From contig OX597832.1 in NCBI GenBank assembly GCA_951406725.2, positions 18,848,001 through 18,912,000 of the forward strand: 64,000 bases of DNA. Reading direction: 5' to 3'. Numbering within the stretch: position 1 is the first letter of the stretch; each line of letters starts with the position of its first letter. The stretch is from Octopus vulgaris (Eukaryota). The position numbers and the translations under genes are program-made. Below the pieces are notes generated by a model. That model searched no databases and was not told the origin of the DNA. It worked only from the letters and a program-made list of their open reading frames with translations. Positions 29,358 to 42,088 of this stretch are shown in pieces.

Positions 29358-29775
29358 CATTCAGCACTATATTAACAGTCTATAAAATAGCGAGTTCAAT
29401 TTTTTTTTTAGTTATCCTATTAGCCTGAAAAAATACGGAAACTGACAACAGATGCAACTTCAGCATTAACAGGAAGACTAATAAGACGAGAAACATTTAT
29501 CTTCTCGATATTTTTTTTAAATAACCATAAAATATATTTTAGCTAAAAGACATTACTGAGGTCGAACAAAGCTCCATGCGAGTGAATAATGATGATTCCT
29601 CTACAGAAATATGCAACATCTGATACGTATGTGATCGTGTGGGAATATGTATAGTAAATAAGTTTATCTATCTATCTATCTATCCATCTATCTATCTATT
29701 TATCAACCTATATATATATATACAGAGAGAGAGAGACAGAGACAGAGAGAAATAGAAAGACATATAGACAGATAG

Positions 29776-29825
<50 letters not shown>

Positions 29826-29913
29826 ATGTGTGTGTATGTGTGTGTAAGATATTATATATATGGTATTCTGTGTGAATGTGTATAGTAAATTATATAAATG
29901 TAGAACTGTAGAC

Positions 29914-29954
<41 letters not shown>

Positions 29955-29980
29955 GTACATACGTACGTATATATATGTAA

Positions 29981-30024
<44 letters not shown>
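27998..30024. repeat. Tandem duplication, ~1.12 kb period
   Basis: gcacagacacacatctgtagagaaag at 28011 and 29133; unique interiors almost identical, differing mainly in microsatellite length. Confidence 0.95.
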
Positions 30025-30028
<4 letters not shown>

Positions 30029-30327
30029 GGACGTATGTACGTATGTATATACAGGCATGCACAGATGCACCGAAACACCCACACACAATTATCTCTTATA
30101 ACTTGCAATATATTATGTTTTCGGAACAGAAATTCCTCCTTACTTAACGTTGACCATAAAATACGTAACATTATCTTATTATTCTGGTCAAATTCATATG
30201 AAAATGAATAATAGGGAAATAAATATTCGGTTTCGTACTCGTTCGGTTTTGTATAATCCTCAGAGAGAGAAAATTTTTGAAAAGTAAGCTGTGGAAGAAA
30301 TGTGTCTGAGTGTGTGTTTCTATGTAA

Positions 30328-30402
<75 letters not shown>

Positions 30403-30647
30403 ATAAGTGGGCAGTTGCAACTGGGAGTGGGATTATTGGTGGTGTTTACGAGTAACTATGTCTCTCGTATTGGGACACCATCTCTATTATGATTTATTTG
30501 AAACGCCTGTTAAAGATCTTTCTGTATTGTTTTTATTTTCTGAGAGAGTCTAGAATCTACGTTAGACTTATCATTGATGGAAACGATGTTGCAAACCAAA
30601 TTAATTTACTTGGTCTATACTTAGGTGTTTGTTTTTGCTTTGTTTCT

Positions 30648-30932
30648 TCCTTCTCAAGACATGCCTGGCTCATAAAGAGCGGTTTCCCGGGTTCTTGGTG
30701 TATAGATTCCCCACCTGGACGGGACACCGTTTCGTCGCAGGTGAGTTGCAGGATGCAGGAGGAAAGAATGAGAGAAAGTTATGGCGAAAGAGTCAGCAGA
30801 AGTTCGCCAGTACGTTCTGCCGGAGCCGCGTGGAACTTAGGTGTTTCGCTCATAAACACATACATCGCCCGGTCTGAGATTCGAACCCGACTGCGAGTCC
30901 GCTGCTTTAACCATTAAGTCATGTGCCTCCAC
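30648..30932 (-). mobile_element. tRNA-derived SINE (group C, mosaic)
   Basis: Minus head ggaggcacatgacttaatggttaaagcagcggactcgc...gggttcgaatctc like 45818; tail cctgcgacg...cccgtccaggtgggg like 39365. Confidence 0.85.
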
Positions 30933-31076
30933 ATACTTAGGTGTAATTTTATTATTTTTATTATATTTAGGACGGTTATAATATATATTATATTTAAAGA
31001 CACTGTTTCCTTGAAGTTTTTTAGATTTAAGGTAACATCTATATGATCGACTTTTACCAGATAAGTATTATCAAGG

Positions 31077-31500
31077 ATGTGAGGTATATTTGCGACCTCA
31101 ATATGCCTAACCACTAAGGGTGGATGTTACTGTAGCTTGTAGCCCCAGGAGAACATCTTCTCCAGCTGGCTATTGACACACTTTTTGTGCCCTAATGGTA
31201 TTTGCAAAGGGAAGTCATCCTTCCCTCGTCGATCTAAGTGATACACACGGACTGCAGTTTATGGGTATTGACCCGTCATCAGCGCACGAGAATCACCGGT
31301 TTTCGATGAAAGGAGTCCCAATGCAAATATTTATATCGTTTTTTTTCCAGGAAATTTTCGTCACTGATCTTGAAAAAGTGTATACAAGCTATAATAAATC
31401 TCTGAACGAGGTATAGACAGTAACTGCACGACTATGTGAAGTATATTTGCCATCCCAATATGGCTAACCACTAAGGGTGGATGCTACTGTAGCTTGTAGC
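31077..31500 (-). mobile_element. Retrozyme-like / solo pLTR unit (357 bp) with 67-bp direct terminal repeats
   Basis: 31077-31143 matches 31434-31500 (6 mismatches by eye); hammerhead motif inside. Confidence 0.7.
31245..31287 (-). ncRNA. Type I hammerhead ribozyme motif (G12U mutated)
   Basis: GUGCG-CUGAUGA-c GGGU caau ACCC a-UAAAC-UGCA-GUC-CGUGU. Confidence 0.75.
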
Positions 31501-31649
31501 AGAGATTTTTTTTTGTTTATTATCTAGAGTTGAAATATTTTCACTAAATTTTTTAAATCGAGACAATGTGATGTAAGCATTTTGGAGTGGTTATCTCCCC
31601 TTCATACATATACGCGTGAGTGTATATATTGCTCTCTTTTTTTCTCTCT

Positions 31650-31843
31650 TTTACTTATTTGACTGCGGCCATCCTGGAGCACCGCCTTTAGTCGAGCAAA
31701 TGGACCCCAGGAATTCTCTGTAAGCCTAGTACTTATCCTATCGGTTTCTTTTGCCAAACCGCTAAGTAATCACAGTAGCATCGGTTGTGAAGCGATGTTG
31801 ATGAACAAACACAGACACAGAAACTTATATACACATATGTATT

Positions 31844-31875
<32 letters not shown>

Positions 31876-32063
31876 CACAATATATATATATGCATATATA
31901 CGACATGTTTCTTTTAGTTTCCGTCCACGAATTCCACTCACAAGGCTTTGGTTGGCCCGAAGCTATAGTAAAAGACACTTGCCCAAGGTGCCACACAATG
32001 GGAATGAACCTAGAACCATGTTGTTCGTAATCAAGCTACTTACCACACAGTCACTCCTGCGCC
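31650..32063 (-). mobile_element. SINE family A
   Basis: Reverse copy with tail, internal (TA)n and tRNA-like head. Confidence 0.9.
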
Positions 32064-32076
32064 TATATATATATAT

Positions 32077-32129
<53 letters not shown>

Positions 32130-32269
32130 TGTAAGTTTATGTCTGTATGTGTGTGTATTTATATATATATATATATGTATGTATATATGTATGTATGTAC
32201 GTATGTATGTATGTATTTAGGAATGTATGTATATATTGCAAGAAATCGCTCCGGGGGCAATGCTTCATC

Positions 32270-32520
32270 AAGTCACAACAACAACAATACCACTTGCTCT
32301 CTCGACTCTTTCGTGATAACATTGCCATAATGTATTTGAAATTATACATAATTACATTTGATGCTATTGATGTCGTGTTCAACCCGGGACCTGCCCTGAT
32401 CGATAGTCTTCTGAACTGGGGCGTTCTTGTCGTGACCATCTTTTTTAATCAGAACAAATCTGCGTACAACATTATCCATTGTCTCTTTTCCTTTGTAAGT
32501 CTTTAAGCTGATACCTCCTA
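32270..32520 (-). pseudogene. Possible decayed LINE RT fragment
   Basis: LQRKETMDNVVRRFVLI... and NFKYI resemble LQ...GLxIN...FKYLG. Confidence 0.35.
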
Positions 32521-32569
32521 TAGCAAGCAGACACGATTAAGGATCGATTGTTGATTTGTAGGACCAGCA

Positions 32570-32862
<293 letters not shown>

Positions 32863-32939
32863 TATTGTACTTTAGCCTCCTGAGATTAGCACTTATTGGT
32901 CAAAAGTATGACCACTTATCTTGCGAAGACATGGCATAC

Positions 32940-33350
32940 CAATGACTAAATTATTGAATGCGCCATTTTCATAATTCAAACTCTTATTTTAAAAATATGT
33001 TTAAAAAAATCAAAGCAATGTCAACCTGATTACGGTTGGCAGGTGACAGTTTACTGAAAGTAGCTGCCCTCATCTTCCACCACAATCACAAGACGGTCCC
33101 AGAACCTAACGCATACATCCCTCACTATGTCCTTGCTAAGAGTCATCTAACACTTCTTTTATCTTGTCCACCAGCTCAGCCATGGTGCTGCAGGTAGGTA
33201 TGTTGGTAATCTTTGCTACTGAGCCCCACGCTTAATGATCCGTGCGACTAATAATGATCCAGGAGTATTTTGGAGACCAGAAATTAGTGCTGGTGAAGTC
33301 GTAGAAACTATCTGACAATCAATGCTCGCTCTTTCTGTTATTGAACGTTG
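32940..33350 (-). pseudogene. Tc1/maT-like transposase C-terminal remnant
   Basis: Minus-strand LSDSFYDFTSTNFWSP...AWGSVAKITNIPTCSTMAELVDKIKEVLDD resembles WPPNSPDxNPxDYxVWG...L...I. Confidence 0.7.
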
Positions 33351-35236
33351 ATATGTTCGCATCTTTTTTTCCAGATATTTATTTTATCAGTACTATAACG
33401 TACGTGGATTTACGCATAAGTACTTATGGACGTATTTCTAGAAGATCGGAAAGTTGAACTGTGAAATTTTATGCTTCTTTTATCTTCACTTTCTTCATCT
33501 CCTTATGCTCTTTCTTCATTTCCTTATGCCAAGGAGCCGAATAGTTTGGTTACACATGAATTTTCCAGCCACAGTCCTCACCAGCCATTTTTTGTCTGCA
33601 ATCTCCAATTGTTTCACTTAGCAGTCTGAATCGTTGAGGTAACTATTTCCTGTATGTATTTTCGTAACAATCCGATGTGGAGTACTATCCCCATGTGAAT
33701 CATTAAAATAATTAATATGCCAGATTAGATACCTTGCGTTATATGTACCGGTTCTTCGCCTTCTGGATTCAAATTCTGCCTATTTTTTATTTGCAAAATT
33801 TAATTCCAAAACCACTCAAGCACTCCAGTCAAGTTGCAACTTGCTAGGGAATGTTGAAATGACTTCAATTAGTATAGATATATTGGTTTCGTGAATAACG
33901 GAATGGAAAAATTAGTAAATCATATGGGATTATTGTCTATTATTTCTAATTATCAGCCACTCTGATCGTTCTTTTATTATTGTGTCAGGAAAAGAAACGA
34001 GTATCTATAATGTATCCGGTAGCTGTTGACACTCCAAGTACTGCGAAATCAAGAAGTTCAATTTTAGGTTTGAACTAAAATTCAGTAAGTCTCAACGAAG
34101 AAGAAAACTCCTGCTCAATGGGGAAGGCATGGCCGAAGAAATCCAAAAATTTCAATTAATGCAGAGGAGTGCTCAAGGACATTGTGTAGTTACAGTAGTA
34201 ACCCACACTACATATAGAGAATGGCATAGAAACAAGATAGTCGGGTGAAACTTCAATATAATCTAATCATAGTATGAGCGTCTAAGTTATCCAATGACAC
34301 ACATACCCTTAACTCAAATTCAGTCAAGCTACGTGACAAAATAAGTACAAGGCTTCGAATTTGACCTTTAGGCAAGGTTTATTCACCGTGCTTTTACAGT
34401 TACAATATATCCCGTTTCACTCTCAAGGCATGAAATACTCTCAATAAATAATAAAGCGACACATACATAAAATGCTATAAGACCTCTTGATTGCGATCCT
34501 GTGAATCATCCAGCCCCGTTGTTCTCAATGCAGTTTTTGTAGCCTTGTATCCTAGATTGATCATTGAGATCTACAACAAGATTAGACGATATGGACCAAG
34601 GTATGCATTTAATAGTTTGCTTTGATCTTGTAATAAAATACGGCAATGGGTTTCAAAATGAGTGAGGTGCTACGCGAAATGCTTTACGGCTATTAGATTT
34701 GTTCATTTATGTTCACTGGGTAATTACCATTTTCTCTAGGAACGAGTATTTTCCATTTACAAATTATGGGTCTTACACTAAAATGTACAAAATCGTTAAT
34801 ATTATTATAAATATTAACAGGCGGAAGGCTTCAAAATGCATATGTTGCAATAATTACTTGCATGTCATTGAAACATAAATATGTCAATTACGAATATCAA
34901 CACCAGCTATGTAGTTGAATTACAGCAACAATTGTTGTGATTCTGCTAAATATAATCAGTTTAATTCCGGTTGTTGTTTACCTAGCTCTCTTATAGAAAC
35001 AGTATAGGATATCTTTTTCCATATATCCTTTTGTATACTTACGCGAAATCACGAGATATTTAATTATATATGTTACATATACAAACTAATAAACAGATGC
35101 ACACACAAACACATACCCTCATATATATATTTATGTATATTAGGGTACATATATATATACATACATACTTACATACATACATACATACATACATACACAT
35201 ACATACATACATACACACACATACATACACACCCAC

Positions 35237-36112
35237 ACAGATCCAGCCAAACCTCTGTCAAGTCACCTGTACTTCTCTTAGCCTCACGAATCAACTGACT
35301 GGGAATTCCAGTGTGTTCCAGACATCCTGCGAAAGCTGGATATATGTTTTTCATATAACCATTCTCAGTTATGTGTGATGTTATCCTTTTGGCCATTACG
35401 GAAAAAAAAGATTTCCCCCTCAACACTCAGGAGAGAAATGGCCCTGAAATAATTAAAATCTGTAGAGTTTTCTTCTTTTGGCGCAAAACGTTCTTTCCAC
35501 CTTCTTCCAGCATGGTGAGTTTATACCCTTTGTCTATATCTTTCGGCACAGCGTCCTCAGCCTCCGAAGTAGCCACTGGCATTTCTAGTTTACATTATAA
35601 GGTATACCACTTGGGCAAGGAGCTGATCCTGATCTGGCCTTTTTCATTACTTGTTCCACTTCTTTCCAGGATGGACGGCTGAGGTTGAATTTATTTAGTG
35701 GTACTTCAGCTATATCGACATTTGGGCTAAAATCAAGGGCTGCGTTTCTTAGGCTATCATTGTCATGACCTTAGAAATGCTCCTTAGAAATGCTTCTAGA
35801 AGTGCTTCTACTTCTTCTTTGAAGCTGGTCAGTTTCCCTGGTTTGGTTTCACCTAACAGCGTTCGGGTGAACCCAAAAGAGTGCTTGACAAATTCCGCTC
35901 GTTTGGTCTTCTTCCCTTCCCTCCGCTTCCAGGTGCTTTCTACCCTTCTACGCATTCTCACACACGGTCAGCTCGTGGTAAACGGTCTGTCCGTTGTTCT
36001 TAATCGATCTTTTGCCAAATTGAATGCAATAGTTACAAGCGCATTCACTTTCTGTTCAACTGTTCCTGCTAGTGTGCAATCCCATTTCGTATCGAGGTCT
36101 TGGTCCACTTAG
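35237..36112 (-). pseudogene. Hero-like (R2 group) non-LTR retrotransposon RT fragments
   Basis: GKSFFSVMAKRITSHITENGY...FAGCLEHTG...LIREAK...VWLDL and KRAEFVKHSFGFTRTLLG...GKLTSFKEEVE. Confidence 0.85.
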
Positions 36113-36119
36113 GTTTTTT

Positions 36120-36560
36120 ATTTAGAACTTTGACTCTGCAACACTGTATATAAATTCTCTACATGGAATGACCAAGTTTAAAAACTGCTGGATTTCACTC
36201 ATAAGGGAATCTTACATTATGTATAAACTCTATATTTGGAAGGACCCCATTTTAAATTCTGTTGGACTTTTGGACTTTAATCATAGGGTATCGGAATACT
36301 ACATTTATACCATTGTGCCTAAAAAAATGGATTTACAACTTCAATATCCATATATAGTTTGCATCTATTGTCCTTCCTCCACTTCACTATCTATTTTGTA
36401 TCACATCTAAACTAACTATGACTTAACCATCCTCTCGCACTGTCTTCGATGAATGGATATAATTAATAAATATCCTGGAAACAGCGGTAAGATCTATTTA
36501 TAAATGTTCTAATATCTACACAGCCTTGGTTTTTTTATCTCATTACGCAAAAAATTCTTA
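36120..36560 (+). mobile_element. Penelope-like 3' end with hammerhead motif (36442-36493)
   Basis: IRESYIMYKL...PILN weakly resembles a GIY-YIG C-terminus; gtct-tcGATGA-at ggatat/atatcc tg-GAAAC-agcg-GTA-agat. Confidence 0.6.
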
Positions 36561-36700
36561 TATACACACATTGACATAGAACCAACGTTGAACCCCTTAT
36601 TCGCTAAATTACCGAATCTGGAACTTAACTATGGTGTGTCTATAGCACTTATTCAGCATTATCTGACACCTTTGGGTCTCAATGACACCATTATATATAT

Positions 36701-36949
36701 ATAGGGAGAGTTTACGAAAAAAACAAAAGACGAAGACAGGTGGTGTACAAAACAATCAGATGTATTAGTGTAACGCTCAGGAATAGAAAAAGTCATTTAC
36801 GTTTCGAGCCTACGCTCTTCTATAGAAAGGGACACATAAAAAAAACAAGGAGAGAAACAAGGCGGGAATAAATGTGTGTAGTGGCTAACTATCTACCATG
36901 GCGACTGACTCGAACAGAAGGGTCACGCACGAGGAGTAAAGTAGGGGAG

Positions 36950-36955
<6 letters not shown>
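36701..36955 (-). mobile_element. Penelope-like terminal fragment with minimal hammerhead motif (36795-36828)
   Basis: Minus ttt-CTATAGA-a-GAGC gtag GCTC-GAAAC-GTA; homologous to 38249-38440; flanked by (TA)n. Confidence 0.55.
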
Positions 36956-36986
<31 letters not shown>

Positions 36987-37401
36987 GAATTGCACTGCCC
37001 ATCTTCGGGGAAAAAACTGAAAATTATATGCAGAATGTGTGACCCACTTCAGGATATATTAAGATATTTATATTAATGTCATTCCGTCGAGGTCGACTTT
37101 GCCTTTCATCTTCGTGATCGATAAAATAAATACCTGTTTAGTTTTGAACTTGACGTAATTTTTTTCTCCCTCCTCCCAAATTACTGGGTCTTTACCAAAA
37201 TTTGAGAGCAATATTAATTTTGATGTTGTTATTGTTTGTATCAAATACACACCACTCGATCGTGTATTAGATTTTCTTTTTTACTGTCTATATTTAACTT
37301 TAAATACTGAACGCATCATAAATCATTATTTCTAAAAAAAGGCAGTGAATAGGAAAACACTCTCGATGCCAGAGAAGCTGAGAATCTGTAGATTTATTTC
37401 C

Positions 37402-37437
<36 letters not shown>

Positions 37438-37877
37438 TTACAGCTCGAGTTCAAACCCCAGAGTAATTGGAATTTACTTTGGCCAATCCCTAAAGAAAAA
37501 TATGAGAAAAAGAATGAGAAAATATCAATTTATTACTCTTGTCAGTTTGATCGTGTTCCCACCTACAAAAATATAGTCATGAGCGGATGTTAGCAATCAT
37601 TATTACTAAAATTTATTGCTCAGAGTATATATATTTTATTGTGACACGCGGTTGCCATGGAGATATCACACGGTGAAGATATCAAGTGACTTTACGCTAG
37701 TTTGGATATTTGAACATGCTGTGAAATAATCAGGGCATCACCTGTTGCTACCAAAGTGCATTTCCTGCGACTCCATTAATACTGTAATGTTGCCGTTGGA
37801 TACGAAATTTCATTTTCTTAAATAACAATTTATATGTTAAGAGTTGAGAGTAGGTGTTGTGAGCAACGCATAGGCAA

Positions 37878-37988
<111 letters not shown>

Positions 37989-38010
37989 TTATATATATGT
38001 ATTTATATAT

Positions 38011-38070
<60 letters not shown>

Positions 38071-38248
38071 GCAAACACACGTATACATATATGTACATAA
38101 TAGACACTTTCAACCACATGGTTCTGGGTTCTGTCCCACTGAGTGGCAACTCGAACAAATTTCTTCTACTATAGCTACGCGCCGACCAAATTCTTGTAAA
38201 TATATTTGGCAGGCGGAAACTGAAAGAAGCTAGTCCTATATACATATA

Positions 38249-38440
38249 TAGTTGAAATTTACAGAGAAAGAAAATACGAAGACAGGTGTGTAAACAACCA
38301 GCAGGTGAATGAGTTTGACCCTCGGGAAGGTGAGAAAGTCTCTTACGTATCGAGCCTACGCTCTTCAACAGAAACGAACACAAGGAAATAAACAACGAGA
38401 GAATAAAATAATTGTGAAGCTAGCGGTCAACCAATCAATA
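38249..38440 (-). mobile_element. Penelope-like terminal fragment with minimal hammerhead motif (38341-38374)
   Basis: Minus ttt-CTGTTGA-a-GAGC gtag GCTC-GAtAC-GTA-aga. Confidence 0.55.
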
Positions 38441-38450
38441 TATACGTATA

Positions 38451-38702
38451 TATTGGGTCGGTGCAGAAAGTATTGCGGCTTTTATTCAACAAATTTTATT
38501 CAAGAAAAAGAAAATATTTAACAAAAACATCTTTAAATGACGGTCTTACCGTCTGCCAAGCAAATTCGAAGCAGTAATTGGAGTAAATAGTGAATATGCT
38601 CCAGAATAATCATTTAAAGATGTTTTTGTTATACGTTGTTAGTGCTTTTTGTTGAATATAGTTTGCTGAAAAAGCCCACAATAATTATGACCCAAGCTAA
38701 TA
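38451..38702. mobile_element. Mariner-derived foldback MITE
   Basis: Starts TA-ttgggtcggtgca; internal 22-bp perfect inverted repeat taacaaaaacatctttaaatga (38519-38540 / 38610-38631) within longer imperfect arms. Confidence 0.75.
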
Positions 38703-39364
38703 TACATAAATATATATATATATGTGTGTGTGTGTATGAGTTTCTGTATTTGTGTCTGCGTTTACGTCCTCGTAAATCAATGGTTCAACAAAATAGACCG
38801 ATAGAATAAATTCTAGGCCTACAAAAAATAAGTGGATCTGCTCGACTAAAGCCGGTGCTCTAGCATGGTCGCACCCAAATTCAGGTAACAAGAAAAATTA
38901 TATATATATATACGCACACACCGACACATACTAAGTGTCTATTTATTTGTTTCTTTATCTATGTATGTTGTGAAAATGTAAAAAATATATCTACGTTCAT
39001 CGTTTCTCGGGTAATGATTAATTATCTTATTGACCTCGATATGATAAGAGCGAAACGTTGCGTCGATTTTCGCCCGAAGTTTTACCTTATTTGCCACTAA
39101 TTACATTCAATCTATCAAAAAAGAATTTCCATTTGACGCAGGTAAAACGAACCAGAATCACTTTTAAAGATCGTAGGTCTAAATCGTTTGTAATGTACAC
39201 AGGACTTGATTGATATAAATATATTGATTTCGAAATATTGAAAGGCAATATTGAATCCAGATTGGACCTATATTGCCTTAATAGCTGTAAATAAATATCA
39301 TCCTATCTTATGTATAGCAATGATCCACTATACTGACCTAAAATAAAAAATAATAAATAAATAT

Positions 39365-39609
39365 TCCTTCTCGAGCCATGCCAGGCTCATAAGGTCCTGT
39401 TTCCCGGTTTCAGTGGCGTAGAAATTCCCCACCTGGACGGGACGCCGGTCCGTCGCAGGATTTCTCATTTTTGCCAGCTGAGTGGACTGGAGCAACGTGA
39501 AATGAAGTATTTTGCTCAAGAACACAACGCATCGTCCGATCTGGGAATCGAAACCACAACCTTACGATCATGATTTCAACACCCTAACCACTAAACCACG
39601 CGCCTCCAC
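39365..39609 (-). mobile_element. tRNA-derived SINE (group C)
   Basis: Minus head ggaggcgcgtggtttagtggttagggtg...ggtttcgattccc; body ttcttgagc...cagtccactcagctgg; cctgcgacggaccggcgtcccgtccagg box. Confidence 0.88.
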
Positions 39610-40264
39610 ACTATACTGACCTATCGTTATATAATGTACGGTAACGTCTTTACTAGGAATAATAATGTGCATAGTTGTGTGATATATATATTGCATGAAA
39701 ATGGAAATATATTTGTTTCCGTTCAAAGCTCTTACAACGATTGAAGTATTGAATTAAAGTGTAGACATAATTACATAGTAGCAACTATAATGATTTAAAG
39801 CGTAAACCCACGATCGCATATATTGAAGGGATAGAATTACCAGTACTAGCGCAACTACTGTACGTGTCTATCCTCACAAATGTTCACACGTGTTGAGTAA
39901 TGAAAGAAATACCGTGAATATAAGCGTCCGAAAAGTGATTCTTCCGTAGGAATTCTACAGTAACGTTGCTCGACAAGACGCGCAACTCGACGGTGAAGGT
40001 GTTTTTTGGATCAATTCCTGACTGCCTACCATCGTTAGGTTTCGGTTGTTTTTCTGCAGACAAGTGGTTGGAATTGTGTAGGAAACGACTGCAATCCAGA
40101 GACTTCATATCCAGCCAATCTGCTGAACTAATTGTCCATTATCCATGAACGAGATGTTTATTGTAATAACTACTGTCTCAGATGGTCACGCTTGCGAAGC
40201 AGTAGGAAAGTTTCATGATGGGTATTTTTAACAGGATCCTACAGAAGTGGTACCTAGAATAGCG

Positions 40265-40633
40265 GATAGATGGAATGATGGATGGATGGATGGATGGATA
40301 GATAGATAGATAGATGGATGGATGGGTGGATGGATGGATGGATGGGTGGATGGATGGATGGATGGATGGATGGATGGATGGATGGATTGTTGGATGGATT
40401 GATGGATGGATAGATAGATAGATATATGGATGGATTGTTGGATGTATAGATGGATGGATGGATGAACGGATGGATGGATGGTTGGATGGATTGTTAGATG
40501 GATGGGTAGATGGATGGATGGATGAATGGATGTATTTATGTATGTATGTATGTATGTAAGTATGCAGATATTTTATATATATATAGGCAGACAGCTAGAC
40601 AGACAAATAGATAGATGGATAAACAGATAGATG

Positions 40634-40695
<62 letters not shown>

Positions 40696-40892
40696 CACAC
40701 AGACTGATAGATAATTAGATAGATAGATAAATTGATAGATAGATAGATAGAAAGAGAGAGAGACACACACATACACACAGATAGAAAAATAGATAGGTAG
40801 ATAAATTGATAGATAAATAAATAGATAGATAGATAAATACACAGACAGGTAGATAAATAGATATGTACATAAATAGATGGATAGATAAATAA

Positions 40893-40990
<98 letters not shown>

Positions 40991-41030
40991 GATAGATAGA
41001 TAGATAGATAGACAGATAGATAGATAGATA
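40265..41030. repeat. (GGAT)n then (GATA)n tetranucleotide array
   Basis: Direct reading. Confidence 0.95.
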
Positions 41031-42053
41031 TTTTGTCAACGTCAATTTTCTCATATCAAAGACACGTGTGATTTCCATCGAATGTCCATAAGCCAGTAAG
41101 CTAAGACCTATTACATCGTCCAACATTATCAGTAAAATGCAACTCAATTAATTAGGAAATGTTCTGTACCAGTATATGAGCAATAAACAGCCTGCTCTAC
41201 ATATATGTAATTCCTGCTATGATGCTACATGAATACAGAGACCTAATTAAAGTATAAGTTCAACGAAGACGCTGAATAGAGAAAAAGTGAAGAAAGAAGA
41301 AGAAAGAAAATTGATGGAATATATAAATAAATGTCTCACAAGACTTGTGTACCGGCATTACTGTTATGACTCTGCTGGTATAAATTCAGGTAATTATGGT
41401 TTTCTTTGGTCTTCTCTTTCTCTCGTATCATTGCTAGAGAAACAGTGTTGGCTGTGGAGTCAATTAAATATCGGATTACAAGCTACTTTCCAGGCTTCTA
41501 ATCACTTTACTAATACACTATAGTGCAAGGTGCATTAAGCTTATGAACGTATATTCAGTATTTTCTCTCCATCTCAATCATTCGTTGAAATCACATGGTG
41601 CTTAATGCTCTCATGTTGAACTGATTTAGAGTACAGTTTAGATTTTTGAGGTGTGTTAAGTTTAGCTTGCAGCAGGTATCTTCTTCGAATTTCCTTATTA
41701 GTTCGAATAACTAGAATGACATCAGTTCCATTAGATTCTACACTTCAGATATTGTCGTTGATTTAGCTAATGTTGTTTAGTTCCTGTTCTGTCCTCATAC
41801 AGCACAACTATTTTCAAATATGATATAGATGAGAGGTCGCCATTTTGTTAGATAAATATGTGTATATATATACATATATACATACATATGAGTGTGTGTG
41901 TGTGTGTGTGTATATATACATATATATACATACGTATATTATATATGTATAAATATATATGTATATAAAATATTATTTTAGTATATGTATGTTTATATTA
42001 TATATATATAATTTGTATAAAATATATAACGTAATATATTATATAAATATGTT

Positions 42054-42088
<35 letters not shown>

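Larger units (their letters stand above)
38105..38895 (+). mobile_element. SINE family A (decayed) split by nested insertions
   Basis: Head 38105-38235 and tail 38740-38895. Confidence 0.75.

Noticed and set aside
30228-30268. Minus-strand CTGAGGA...GAAACCG
   Set aside because: Stem II does not pair cleanly and the cleavage triplet and 3' stem I are absent; at best a truncated remnant
39884-40148. Possible Tc1 transposase remnant or exon
   Set aside because: Only a faint WxxxS..D..LD resemblance; not supportable
41560-41810. Possible decayed mariner HTH fragment on minus strand
   Set aside because: Too degenerate to call without an alignment
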